Source: Octopus sinensis (lineage: Eukaryota). From it: a stretch of DNA of 64,000 nt. The DNA is taken from the NCBI RefSeq assembly GCF_006345805.1, contig NC_043005.1, forward strand, positions 12,834,001 to 12,898,000, read 5' to 3'. The notes under the pieces are model-generated. The model did no database searches. It saw nothing but the letters and a program-made list of their open reading frames with translations, and was not told where the DNA came from. The translations under genes were made by a program, and so were the position numbers. This document shows, one piece after another, positions 38,948 to 52,164 of this stretch (the stretch's first letter is position 1; the number at the start of each line of letters is the position of its first letter).

Positions 38948-39134
38948 GAAGAAGAAGAAGAAGAAGAAGAAGAAGAAGAAGAAGAAGAAGAAGAAGAAGA
39001 AGAAGAAGATGAAGAAGAAACAACAAGAGTTACAACTATATTTTACAACACAATCATGTCAACATCAAGAAGAAGAAGAAGAAGGAGTAGGAGGAGGAGG
39101 AGAAGAAAAAGAAGAAAAAGAAGAAAAAGAAGGA

Positions 39135-39169
<35 letters not shown>

Positions 39170-39466
39170 AGAAGAAGAACAACAACAACAACAACAACAG
39201 CAAAATCATCAACAACAACTAACAACATCAGCAGCAGCAGACAAAGCCAAAAAAAAAGCAAGAAGAAGCGAATAGCAGTTTATTTTTAATAGTTTTACTA
39301 ATTGTGGACAGGGAACATTCCTTCCTTGTTAGATGCTAATATAATAGATATACACCAACTTTATCTCTGCAATACCTTCTTAGCTAGTTACCCAACTATT
39401 AAATATTATCATTGTTTCACTCCGGTTATCATTTCTCACACACGTTTTCTTTGGTTTCCCTGTTAC

Positions 39467-39545
<79 letters not shown>

Positions 39546-39878
39546 TCATGCACATACACATGTTAATGATCTCACCACTTGAAACCGGTGTACGATGGAG
39601 GCGGTGTTGGTGCTCTCTTTCTCTTTTCTCCTTCTCTCTTTCTTTCTCACTCACTCTCTATCTCTCTCTCTCTCTTTCTGTGTGCGTGCATGTGTAATGT
39701 ACGTGTGCGTAGTGTGTGTGTGTGCATGTGTATATGTGTGTGTGTGCGTGTGTGTGTGTGTGAGTGTGTGTGTTTTGAATTTGATTAGTTGTCTGAGTCT
39801 AGTTATAGCTCGCATTAGCTGGTCACGTCATATTTAGTAATAAGTATTGATATGCTTGTGTGTATGTATGTATATATA

Positions 39879-39945
<67 letters not shown>

Positions 39946-40004
39946 ATATATACATATATATATACATGTGTGTGTGTATATATACATATATATATATATA
40001 TATA

Positions 40005-40035
<31 letters not shown>

Positions 40036-40220
40036 AACATGTGCTTGCTGATGTTCCTTTTCTTCTTCATATACATATGTGTGCGTGTGTATCAACGTAC
40101 GTACATGTGTGCATATATACAGATGTGTACATACATATATATACATATATATATATACACATATATTTATATATATACATACACATATATATAAATGTAT
40201 ATACATGTGTACATTTATAT

Positions 40221-40312
<92 letters not shown>

Positions 40313-40935
40313 GTATACGCAAAAATACAAACAAGTGTGTGAGTGTTGCAAGAAAGCAAAATATCCCCCAACAACAAATACGAGAATAAAGAAAATGAAA
40401 AAAAAAAACAAAAAAAAACTTTAACACTTAAATAAAAGAAGAAAAGAGAAAAAAAAAGAGAGGAAAAAGATTAACATCAAATAAAAATATGAAACAAAAC
40501 TGCTAAAAAAAAACACAACAAAAATAAAGAAGTCTCGAACTGGCCTCTTAAGTTGCTATGGTGATAATGTGAGAGAGTCTGGCCGTTGCTAATTACTGGA
40601 AAAATGTTGCCCAATTTTACTTTCTTTCTTGGCTTTTCTTTTCTCTTTTTTGTTTCCTTTTCTTTCCTCCTCTCTTTCTTTCTTTCTTCCTTTCTTTCTT
40701 TCTTCCTTTCCTTTCTTTCTTTCTTTCTATCTTTCCGGTCTTATTTATCTGTTTAGCAATGGCGGAAAGGGAGCAACCAGCGAAATTGAAACAAGAGATA
40801 TGAGGAATTTCAACATATCTGCGTTGCTATGATTCATGAAATCATATTAACTGTACGTAGAGGAGGTCTTAGTTATTGCTGGCATTGCTGCTCCTGTTGT
40901 TATTGATGTTGTAGTCGTCGTCGTTGTCGTCGTCG

Positions 40936-40970
<35 letters not shown>

Positions 40971-41320
40971 GCTGTTGTTGCTACTATTGTTCACGTCGTA
41001 GGTGGAGATGGTAGAGACGATAGTAACAGTTGTGGTAGAGTGGTTGAATGTTGTTAGTATTGTTTGAGGTTTGTACTATAGTTTGCTGTTGAAGGTCGTG
41101 GTCACGATGGTGGTGTTAGCGGTGATGGTGATGGTAGCAGTAGTGGTTGTGGTGGTTGTGGTGGTGGTGGTGGTGGTGGTGGTAGTGATGGGTCTGCGAT
41201 GGTTTTGGTGGTAATGATGGTTGATCGTTGTTGCTTTTGTAGGTGGCGGTGTTACTGATGACGGTGATGGTGATGGTGATTGTAGTGGCAGTAATTAGTA
41301 ACGCCATAGTCACTGTTGCT

Positions 41321-41368
<48 letters not shown>

Positions 41369-41422
41369 TTGGTAGTAGTAGTAGTGTTGGTAGTAGTAGT
41401 AGTAGTAGTGTTGGTGGTATTG

Positions 41423-41463
<41 letters not shown>

Positions 41464-41980
41464 TTAATCTGTGAATATCCCACTTTTTTCACTCTTTTTT
41501 TTCTTTTCAGACATAGTGTATCTAAGACTACATTATCCAATGTATCCCTCCTTTTTATACGACGGTACGGTTAGATTTCAATGAGATTTGGCTGTTATTA
41601 CTAAAAGTTCAACGCCCGTATAGAAGTTTCCTCGTCAGTACCCAATAGTTGTTGTTGATGTTGTGTGTGTGTAAGTGTGTGTATTTGTTCATGTGTGTCT
41701 TCGTTTGTGTAAATATGTATATATGTGTATATATGTAGATATGTCTATATGTAGATATGTATATATGTAAGTATACATACATATATATATGTGTATGTGT
41801 GTGCTTGTATGAACGTGGCTATTCAAATTTTGTGTTTAATGCAGCTCAATAATGTATTTTTCAATATCACTTTCTGGATGTATGTCCATTAGCAAACAAT
41901 ATAAAGATGCGCTATTTAGTCCAAGGGAGATCTTTTTAAAGATGTAACAATCTGAAATAAGAGACCCAGCATAATCAAAG

Positions 41981-42320
41981 ATCATCATCATCATCATCAT
42001 TGTTCGACCGTGGTCGAGACAATGGAATTTACCATGCTACGCCAGACTTCACGGTCCATCATGGCATTACGGAGGTCCTGTTGCTGGATGCCTGTATCCC
42101 TGGAGATTACATCAGGGTAGGAGAGTGTGCGCCCTCTGGTATTGCGAGTAGATGGCTTCCAGAGGAGAAGAGTAGAAATTACTTCTTTTTCAGCTCTACA
42201 ACAATGTCCAGCAAACTGGACTCTCCTACCTTTCACAAGAGATGACACAGGTGGTAGTTTCCCATATATTTGCATTTTGATTGGATGGCGCTTCCACGAG
42301 AGATTTTGAGCTCTCATAAG
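41981..42320 (-). mobile_element. RTE-clade LINE, 5'-truncated 3' end with (TGA)n tail
   Basis: RRVQFAGHCCRAEKEVISTLLLWKP..GRTLSYPDVISRDTG..DLRNAMMDREVWR followed by (TGA)n. Confidence 0.85.
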
Positions 42321-42649
42321 GAGATAGGCGAAACGAAATCGTCCCGAAAGTGACCGGGAGCGACAGATGTCGACATTTCGCGTTATTTCTGCTCTTCAGT
42401 GTTACATACTCTTTTAATACAATGCGTCTTCAACGAAAGATCACGACTCTATAGCATTTACTAACACAGATACTAAAAGTTTTGAGACTTTTGTTTTAGG
42501 AAAGACAGTTATACCTGTACTAGATTATTGTAATTTTATAAAATCATTACAAGCTGATCTGCCAGAATTTGTTATTCCAGATTGAAGGAAATGGCTATAA
42601 CACTACTTTGAACACACCCTACAAAATACTGCTTGTCATAGCTGACTAG

Positions 42650-43500
42650 TTTTCAGTATGCAGTCGGAACGTTCGGATTCTCACTATGCAATAAAGTTTT
42701 GTGCTAAACTTGGTAAAAGCAGGACAGAAACTTGTGAAATGCTCCAGACAGTTTATAGATCAACTTGTATGAGCCGCACACAGGACAAGCAAATCAAGTC
42801 CATCGTGATAACCATTATGACCCCCTTTCTGACAGCAAGGGTAGCATCTGTATCCTCTGAGCTCCTTCTAGCCAAGCGGAGAAAAAAGAGTGCTTTGTGG
42901 CGGTTTTGAGGGAGTTCGGACAGAGTTTTTCTCGCAAAAGGCGAGAGAACTCACCCAGGAAAAACGCATTAGTCCACAATTACATCCTGGTAAGAACTAC
43001 TTGACAGAGACGGGCATCAAAACTACCCCTCACCCTCCCTTCAGTTCAGCGTCTGTTTTTCGCTGGCACAGGACAAGCAAATCAAGTTCCCCAGGATAAT
43101 CATTATGACCCCCTTTCTAACAGCAAGGACATCATCTACATCCTCTGGATTCACTCTAGCCAGACGGGGAAAAAAGAGTGCTTTGTGGAGGTTTTGAGGG
43201 AGTTCAGAAAGAGTTTTTTCTCGCACCAGGACAACGCTTCAGTCCACGATTCCATCCTGGTAAAAACTACTTGACAGAGGCTGGTATCAAAACTGTCCTT
43301 CACCCTCCCTTCAGTTCAGCATCTGTGATCCCAGTGATTTTTTGGTTGTTCGCCAAACTGAAGGAAAAGATGAAGGTTTCTGTGACACCTTCATTTTGGA
43401 AGATTTCCATGGGGCCTACATGAAGCTGCTGGATCGCTACAACAAATACACTGCAGTCAGAGGATCCTACTTTGAAGGAGATTAGAGTCTTGTACTTATT
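42650..43500 (+). mobile_element. Mariner transposase remnant with internal deletion and about 290-bp tandem duplication
   Basis: YAIKFCAKLGKSRTETCEMLQTVY (HTH), HQDNASVHDSILVKNYLTEAGIKTVLHPPFS, FWLFAKLKE; ACAGGACAAGCAAATCAAGT occurs near 42780 and 43069. Confidence 0.85.
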
Positions 43501-43505
43501 TAAGA

Positions 43506-43901
43506 GTAGCAGTATCGCCCGGCGTTGCTCGGGTTTGTAAGGGAAAATAACTATATAAGAATTTTTAGAGATGTAAAGTATAATAGCCATCTCAATATGG
43601 TTAACCACAAAGGGGGTGTGTTACTGTAGCTTTTTACGTTCTGAGATTTAATAATAAATTTTTAGAGAGCTACTTCCCTTATATATGCCAAAAATGCATT
43701 GAAAATGGGAAAAATTGATGGCAATTTTTTTTTAAATCGTAGACTCATCGTAGACGCGGGCTAATACCCAGAAGGGTTCGATATGAATCACGACTATAAG
43801 ATACCCGGTTTTCGTTAAACTGCACCGCAAAATGTGGGAGTAGTTAGGAATCTAAATCGTAGGAGACAGACACCACACAACCTCTCTTTTATATATAAAG
43901 A
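43506..43901 (-). mobile_element. Non-autonomous Helitron-type element
   Basis: Reverse complement of the 27684-28072 family. Confidence 0.8.
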
Positions 43902-45410
43902 TTAATAAATGTCTTTCCTGTAAAAGTCTCAAAACTCTGGAATGCATCTCGTACATTAAGTGTGTGATATTCTATATAAGTATGCATACATGAATATTTG
44001 TATGTATGTATGTATATGTATGTATGTATGTATTTATGTATTTATGTATGTATGTATGTATACATGCTTGTGTGCATTTATGTATATATATGTATCTATG
44101 TGTGTGTACATATGTATGGAAATATGTATGTATGTATTGTTGTTGTAACTACTGGCACAGTAGCTGAAGCCGTTGTCACTGCTGTTATTTCTGTAGTTGT
44201 TGCTGTTGTTTCCGAGATTATGTAACCACAGATCATTTCTGATGTCAGAACCCCTACCATATAAACATTTGCAGTAGTGTCACTAGAGTTGATGCCATCA
44301 AGAACGGGAGGTCATATTTTCACCTCCGGCTCAAGGTGTCCTTTCGTATAAGATCAAACAGAATCCATAGTCAAAGTTTTCTTTATGCTAAAGTTTCTCG
44401 TAAATCTTAATTCCTGTTTGTCACTGAACACAATGGCAATTACAGCGACATAAACATGTAACAAAAGTGAAATTTCATTTTAAAATTACAGTATCGTACG
44501 CACGATTTCATGCAGTTTTATGGTCGGAGAATAGGCAGAGTGGTTTGGACCTTTCTTTTTATTTTATATAACTAATCTCACACTTCTTTCATTTCTTGGA
44601 CAGCGGTAAGGTTGGGATTCCACATTGAAGGATTATAATCGAACAAATTAACCGCTGTGTTTATTTTTAAAGTCTGGTACTTATTCTATCGTTCCCTATT
44701 TCCGAATCACTAATGTACGAGGACGTAAACAAACAATCAACGGTTGCCAAGTGGACCGATGTTAAGCACCCAAATAATAAAAAAAGGAAAAAATATCGAC
44801 AGCTTACCAATGACATGTTTCCGGGTTCAGTCTCACTGCTTGGCAATTTGGACAAGTGTCTTCTGCTATAGCCTCGAGTCGACCAAAGCCTTGTGAGTGG
44901 ATTTGGTAGACGGAAACTGAAAGAATCCCGTTGTATATATGTATATATAACAAAAACACAGAGGCAAAAACACATTTAGTTATACAACGAGCATTTGCGC
45001 CTTTTCCGTCCAATAAATTTATTCAAAAGGCAATTGTCGAAATGCGGGGCTATAATTAGAGATACTTGCCTCAGGAACTGAAACCTCAATCACGAAGTTG
45101 CAAAACAAGATTCTTAACCACACTGCCATGCTTCGTGGTATATGCTCCAACTTTCTGCGCTCTAATTTCAAATCCCGTCGAAGCTAACTTTGCTTTTCGT
45201 CCTTTTGCAAACATACTATTAAATTGATAGAAGTGTGATAGGGTCGAGCAAGGTTCCTTGAGTCATTTGTTCTGGCTTTTCTATTCAGATGGTTAGTACC
45301 GCCTGCAAAGACACTGGTGCCTAGCTGCATTCGCCCCAAAGCGACACGGTGGACTTTTCCTTGTAGAAAACATCGGTAGTAGAGAGAAACTTGCATTCAT
45401 GTACAGTTGA

Positions 45411-45631
45411 CTCTCTTTTACTCTTTTACTCTTTTACTTGTTTCAGTCATTTGACTGCGGCCATGCTGGAGCACCGCCTTTAGTCGAGCTAATCAACCCC
45501 GGGACTTATTCTTTGTAAGCCCAGTACTTATTCTATCGGTCTCTTTTTGCCGAACCGCTAAGTGACGAGGAACGTAAACACACCAGCATCGGTTGTCAAG
45601 CAATGCTAGGTGGACAAACACAGACACACAA

Positions 45632-45668
<37 letters not shown>

Positions 45669-45835
45669 CATATATACGACAGGCTTCTATCAGTTTCCGT
45701 CTACCAAATCCACTCACAAGGCATTGGTCGGCTCGGGGCTATAGCAGAAGACACTTGCCCAAGATGCCACGCAGTGGGACTGAACCCGGAACCATGTGGT
45801 TGTTTAGCAAGCTACTTACCACACAGCCACTCCTG
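45411..45835 (-). mobile_element. SINE family A, full length
   Basis: Complete reverse-strand copy. Confidence 0.88.
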
Positions 45836-46102
45836 CTTCAAATATATTCCTCAGATCCTCATATATATGCCAAATGCACATCGGTGGTACGATTGGTTGT
45901 GCAGCAGTCTACTGAGTTTACTCATATTTACGTTCTTCAATTTCTGGGCAGAAATCTTCCAAATGAGTTTCATTACCACCAATGAAACAACTGAGTTTTC
46001 TGCTCTGAATCATGCTTTTTATTCGCCTCTGGATACTCATCCGGAAGAAGCCTTGTGAATTCTAAAGAGTCTCAAAGACTGGCGAGTCTATGCTCAGCCC
46101 CA

Positions 46103-46346
46103 CTCCTTTTACTCTTTTACTCTTTTACCTGTTTCAGCCATTTGACTGCGGCCATGCTGGAGCACCGCCTTTGGTCTAGCAAATCTACCCCAGGACTTAT
46201 TCTTTCTAAGCCTAGTATTTATTCTATCAGTCTCTTCTTCCGATCCGCTAAGTTACGGGGACCTAAACACACCAGCATCGGTTGTCAAGCGGTGCCGGGG
46301 GGACAAACACAGACACAAACGCACACACACATACACACACACACAC

Positions 46347-46428
<82 letters not shown>

Positions 46429-46568
46429 CATATATACGACGGGATTCTTTCAGTTTCCGTCTACCAAATCCACTGACAAGGCTTTGGTCGGCCCGAGGCT
46501 ATAGCAGAAGACACTTGCCCAAAGTGCCACGAAGTGGGACTGAACCCGGAACCATGTCGTTGGTAGGC
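46103..46568 (-). mobile_element. SINE family A, head clipped
   Basis: Reverse-strand tail, (TA)n and head to CATGGTTCCGGG. Confidence 0.85.
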
Positions 46569-47752
46569 TGTCAATAATTTTTCCATTTTTTACTATTTGG
46601 GTGCTTAACATCGGTCCATATTGCTTAGCAAAATCAGCAGCAAACCAGGAGTTAACATATCTCATTATACCCCTGATTTGCTTTTGTGTTACGTTACCCA
46701 TGTACTGGTGAATAAGCTCATTGGAAGATGTCCCGCGCACATACTCTACTTGTTCAGAGGCCTCACCTTCGGTCTTGAAAATCAGAGAAACAGTATCCTG
46801 GGCTAGTCTTTTTAAAATATGGATAATACTGACCCTGACGTCGACAAACACGACCTCTAATTCTTGTTTGACGGTGATTGAAGAAACACACCCTCTTCTC
46901 GTGAAACAAAGATATTTCGATTTTCTCATTGCCTGTTGCTCAGCGTATTTCTCCAGCTAGGAGATTAAGTTTTATCAAATCAATGTCTTCATTGTTCAGC
47001 TCAGATTCAGACATTCCTTTTGTCATATCCAATAATTCAAAACTAACTCCATATACTCACGCCCACACATTTGTGTGCGTGCGCGCGCGTATTTATGTCT
47101 GTCTGTCTGTATCAGACTTGTAAGTGTTGTTGTTGTTTGTCTGATCGCTGAAAAATATAGCAGATTTCCCAAGAGCCATATTACTTTTTCCTGTAAACTT
47201 TCCATGTTTACGATAGAGAAGAACTTTGGCAGTTCAGGACCGTCGTCATTTTTAGCCTGACAAACGCAGAAATGCTATTTTCATTCATGCTTGGAGCCAT
47301 TGAGAACAAACCCGAAGTAATGTCCAAATTTATTTATTTATTTATTTATTTATTTATTTGCTTTTGGTAAACACACTAATAAAATAAAACACATGCTTTG
47401 TAGTAAAGATATTCATCATAGCGAAACAATTAATAAATTCAAGTTTGTGTTACAAAAAACGTTGAAAACAATCGTATTCCAAATATCAACATCAAGTACG
47501 AAAGGAAACTGTCAGCTACAATCATAATTGTTTCCTATTTTGGCACAAGGACAACAATTTCCAGTGGGAAGAGGAAGTTGATTATATCGACCCCAACATT
47601 TGTTTGGTACCCCATTTTGTTGACCTTGAAAGGATGAAAGGCAAAGTTGAACTCGGAGCAGGTCTTGAATTTAAAATGTAAATGACCGGAAGAAACCCAG
47701 CAATGTATTCTTTTCAACGCTCAAACGATTATAATATTTGTTTCAAACTTCA

Positions 47753-48505
47753 AGGCGGTGAGCTGGCAGAAACGTTAGCACGCCGGGCGGAATGCGTAGC
47801 CGTAGTACATCTGCCGCTACGTTCTGAGTTCAAATTTCGCCGAGGTCGACTTTGCCTTTCATCTTTTCGGGTTCGATAAATTAAGTACCAGTTACGCACT
47901 GGGGTCAATATAATCGACTTAATACCTATGCCTGTCCTTGTTTGTCCCCTCTGTCTTTAGCCCCTTGTGGGTAATAAAGAAATAGGTATTTCGTCTGCCG
48001 CTACGTTCTGAGTTCAAATTTTGCCGAGGTCGACTTTGCCTTTCATCCTTTCGGGGTCGATTAAATAAGTACCAGTTACGCACTGGGGTTGATATAATCG
48101 ACTTAATCCGTTTGTCTGTCCTTGTTCATCCTCTCTGTGTTTAGCCCATTGTGGGTAATAAAGAAATAGGTATTTCGTCTGCCGTTACGTTCTGAGTTCA
48201 AATTCCACCGAGGTCGACTTTGCCTTTCATCATTTCGAGGTCGATAAATTAAGTACCAGTTACGCACTGGGGTCGATATAATCGACTTAATCCGTTTGTC
48301 TGTCCTTGTTTGTCCCCTCTGTGTTTCGCCCCCTGTGGGTTGTAAAGAAATAGGTATTTCGTCTTTACGTTCAAATTCCGCCGAGGTCGACTTTGCTTTT
48401 CATCATTTTGGGATCGATAAATTGAGTACCAGTTGCGTACTGGGGTCGATTTAATCGACTGTCCTCCTACCCCAAAATTTCGGGCTTTGTGCCTAGAATA
48501 GAAAA
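47753..48505 (+). mobile_element. Head-to-tail tandem array of SINE-B units (period 184 bp)
   Basis: Junction AAAGAAATA|GGTATTTCGTCT at 47985, 48169 and 48353. Confidence 0.9.
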
Positions 48506-48699
48506 GCATATTTGTTTCAAACTTTGACACGAGGCCAGAATTTTTAGGTAATGGGATAAGACGATTACATCAACTCCAGTGTTCAACTGGTACATTTTTT
48601 ATCGACCTTGAAAGGGATAAAAGGTAAAGTCGAGCACGGCGGAATTTTGACCAAAGCATTTTGTTCAACGTGCTAACCATTCTTTTTTTTTTTTTTTTT

Positions 48700-49067
48700 A
48701 GCTCACCAGGGGCTAAACATAGAGGGCACAAACAAGGACAGACAAAGGGATTAATTTATCGACCCCGAAAAGATGAAAGGTAAAGTCGACCTCGGCGGAA
48801 TTTGAACTCAGAACGTAACGGCAGACGACATACCTATTTCTTTACTACCAATAAGGGACTAAACACAGAGGGGACAAACAAGGACAGACAAACGTATTAA
48901 GTCGATTACATCGACCCCAGTGCGTAACTGGTACTTAATTTATCGACCCCGAAAAGATGAAAGGCAAAGTCGACCTCGGCAAAATTTGAACTCAGAACGT
49001 AGCGGCAGACGAAATACGGCTACGCATTTCGCCCGACGTGCCAACGATTCTGCCAGCTCGGCGCCTT
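48700..49067 (-). mobile_element. SINE-B dimer, inverted relative to the neighbouring array
   Basis: Same type of junction (AAAGAAATA|GGTATGTCGTCT) near 48835 on the minus strand. Confidence 0.85.
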
Positions 49068-49551
49068 AGTTAAAGTAATCTTAGCTTTCGTCTAGAAAAT
49101 AAAGAATATTAGTCGAAAGCTAATATTATTTTAACATTGAGAAAACTGTGGACTTGTTTCGACATTATGATCAAGATTAACTCCTCAGTAATGAAGACAG
49201 AGTCACTAAGTAAATAAACAAGATTGTACAATAGTTTTAGAGATTATTTTTGATCAGTTTTCCTCTTAGACACTGAAAAATTAGTAGAAACAGACTTAGA
49301 GAAAAACTTTTTTTTTTTTCGAATTGCTGTTCGTAAAAGTGATCTCATAAATGGAATCATGTGCCTTGTTATTGTTGCTGTCATCGTCATCGTAGTTATT
49401 TTGTGTTTCAGAGTTCTTCATTTGAGAATGTGATCTTAGATACAACGTCGCTGGGGAAAAAGTGAAGTGATTTATCAGGACTAGCCATTGGCTAAGCAAC
49501 GATAGCAACGATAGCAAAGTGCAGGAAAAGGGGATCAGAGAGACCCTAGCT

Positions 49552-49593
<42 letters not shown>

Positions 49594-49810
49594 CTCCCCC
49601 TCCTCCTCTTCTTCTTCTTTCCTCGTCTCCCTATTTCTTCCACTTTCTTCTTTTCTCTTCTTCCATCTTTTACTCTGCCTAGTTCCTTCTCACTCACTTC
49701 GACACTTCCGTTTTTCACCACCACCACCACCACAACTGCTGCTGCTGCTACTACTACTACTACTACTACTATTATTATTTATAATAATAATAATAATAAT
49801 AACAATAATG

Positions 49811-49867
<57 letters not shown>

Positions 49868-51306
49868 TAATAATAATAATGATAATAATAATATCAACTA
49901 CTACTACTACTACTACTACTGCTAACTACTATTATTACTACTACTACTACGGATCTTTTCTTTTTGAAAGCCAGATTTTCCTAGTTAACTAAACAATTTG
50001 AAACTTCGTATACTGGTAGAATGTGTCAAAAGAAAACATATTGTAAACCAAAATGAAAACGGAATTGTAATTTCTAAGTTTAACGTTGTTTAAAAATTCG
50101 AATTTTAACCAATGATTTCTTTCTTCGGCCTCATATTATTTACTGCCTCTCAAAATATTGTTACTGTGACATAAACAGCTATTTTGTGACGTAGTTAACG
50201 TAAACATGTAAATAGCTAACTAAAATGTAAACATCTCCGCTTATCATAAACTTCGTGGAGTATATATAAAATTGTTTGTAGATCCTAATAGCTTCACACA
50301 CATGTATACAAACATATGCATATATATATATATACACCTATACAACATATTCTAATGTATATGCATATATGTGTATATATTATAATGTGTGTGTATTATA
50401 GATGCATACATATATATATATATATATAAAAGATGTTTACATACAATATATATATGTTATATACATCTACATGTATATGTATGTATGAATATATAGAACC
50501 ACAGAATTTGAATCAAACTGTTTTGATCCATAACACACACACACACCAAACTACCATCCAGAGACATCCTAACATAATCAATGCTACTACTACTACTATC
50601 ATCATCATATCATCATCATCCACTGCTGCCACCACCACCACCTCTACAAAAACACCAACACTATAATTGCTGCCATCATACACATCCACTGTCACCACTA
50701 CCACCACTGCCATGATAACCACATCTACCACAGCTGTTTGCTTACTGCTTACCCACTCACAAAATAGCTACTACGTCACATTAACACTATGCAGCTAATA
50801 ATTCAAATGAAAACAGACAATATAAGGGATAGAATAAGTACTGGGCTTACAAAAAGAATAAGTCCGGGGTCGAGTTGCTCGATTAAAGGCGATGCTCCAG
50901 CATGGCCGCGGTCAAGAGTAACTTTAAAAGTAAAATATGTTTTATATGACACATTAGGGTTAGTGTCCGAAGGTTGAAAGTGTTTAGTTACAAAAAATAT
51001 ATTTCTCGATCTGCCGTTGAAAGGGTAAAGATCCCTTATATTATTTATTTAAACCCTTTACAAACTAGAAGGGTTATGGGTCAAGAGGAAAATACACCAA
51101 TCAAATGTTGGGAAGGCCATCGGTTGAATAAAACAACATTGTTCCTCAACAGAACAATAAATAGTTAGGGGGAAATTTACCCATTCAGTTTCAAAACTCA
51201 GGTGGAGCCAAAAGAGGTCTCTACACATACATACGTATACACACACACACATACATACATACATATATCCAGACAACTTCAGCTTTATATATAATATATA
51301 TATGTA

Positions 51307-52064
51307 CTAGCAGAATTGCCCGGCGTTGCTCGGGGCTGAATTGCTTGAAAGTACTGTTAATGATTGCACTGAATTATGATGATTATTCAGGCAAATATTG
51401 ATATAAGTTTACGGTGGGAGATAAGGACTTAACGCATAAAACGTGTGCCATTGCATTGTTTTGGGGAACCAAATTTCTGATGAGCATTATAGGGGCACCA
51501 ACTTTAAGTTTGAGAAAGTGTGTGGTGGTAGCGGGGTGCTCAAAGAATTGAGTACCTCTATTGGATAGTTGATGACGTCCTCTGGGTCAGGAGTTGTATC
51601 GATAGACTGATATACATAGACTTCCCCAGGAATGAGTTTTAGCATTTCATCATTAATATGGTGAACAGTTTTATTCCTCGGGGCCAGTATAGCCTTTTTG
51701 CCAATCCAATCCATATTCTGATAATTAGCTTGTAGATCTGGGAACACTGCATCTCTGAGATCAGGAGGCGTCTTAACAATGGTACAAATGGAATCGATGG
51801 CAATATTACCATTTTCATACCCTGGTATTTTGCCTTCGCCAAGTGCAAGGAGGGTGTGAGGAAATGCTGCTGATGTGATATTACGTCGCATATGAGCACG
51901 CGTATTGGTGTGAAGTTTGAGAGTTACTTCCCTTTATTTAAAAAAATATGCATAAAATGGAAAAAAATGATGGTAAATTATTTGTAAAATCATAGACTCA
52001 TCGTAGACGCGCGCATACCCAGAGGGCTCGATATGAATCACGACTATAAGATACCCGGTTTGGT
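51307..52064 (-). mobile_element. Helitron derivative carrying a Pif1-type helicase fragment
   Basis: 3' hairpin plus CTAG at 51307-51335; ORF 51487-51891 AVFPDL..KAILAPRNKTVHHINDEMLKLIPGEVYVYQSID..NYPIEVLNSL..PPH matches the RepHel helicase C-terminus; 51900-52064 matches the MITE at 43620-43815. Confidence 0.85.
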
Positions 52065-52164
52065 NNNNNNNNNNNNNNNNNNNNNNNNNNNNNNNNNNNN
52101 NNNNNNNNNNNNNNNNNNNNNNNNNNNNNNNNNNNNNNNNNNNNNNNNNNNNNNNNNNNNNNNN
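52065..52164. other. Assembly gap (100 N)
   Basis: Run of N. Confidence 1.

Noticed and set aside
39009-39289. Poly-E/poly-R/poly-L ORFs (also 41243-41540 and 49296-49992)
   Set aside because: Trinucleotide microsatellite translations.
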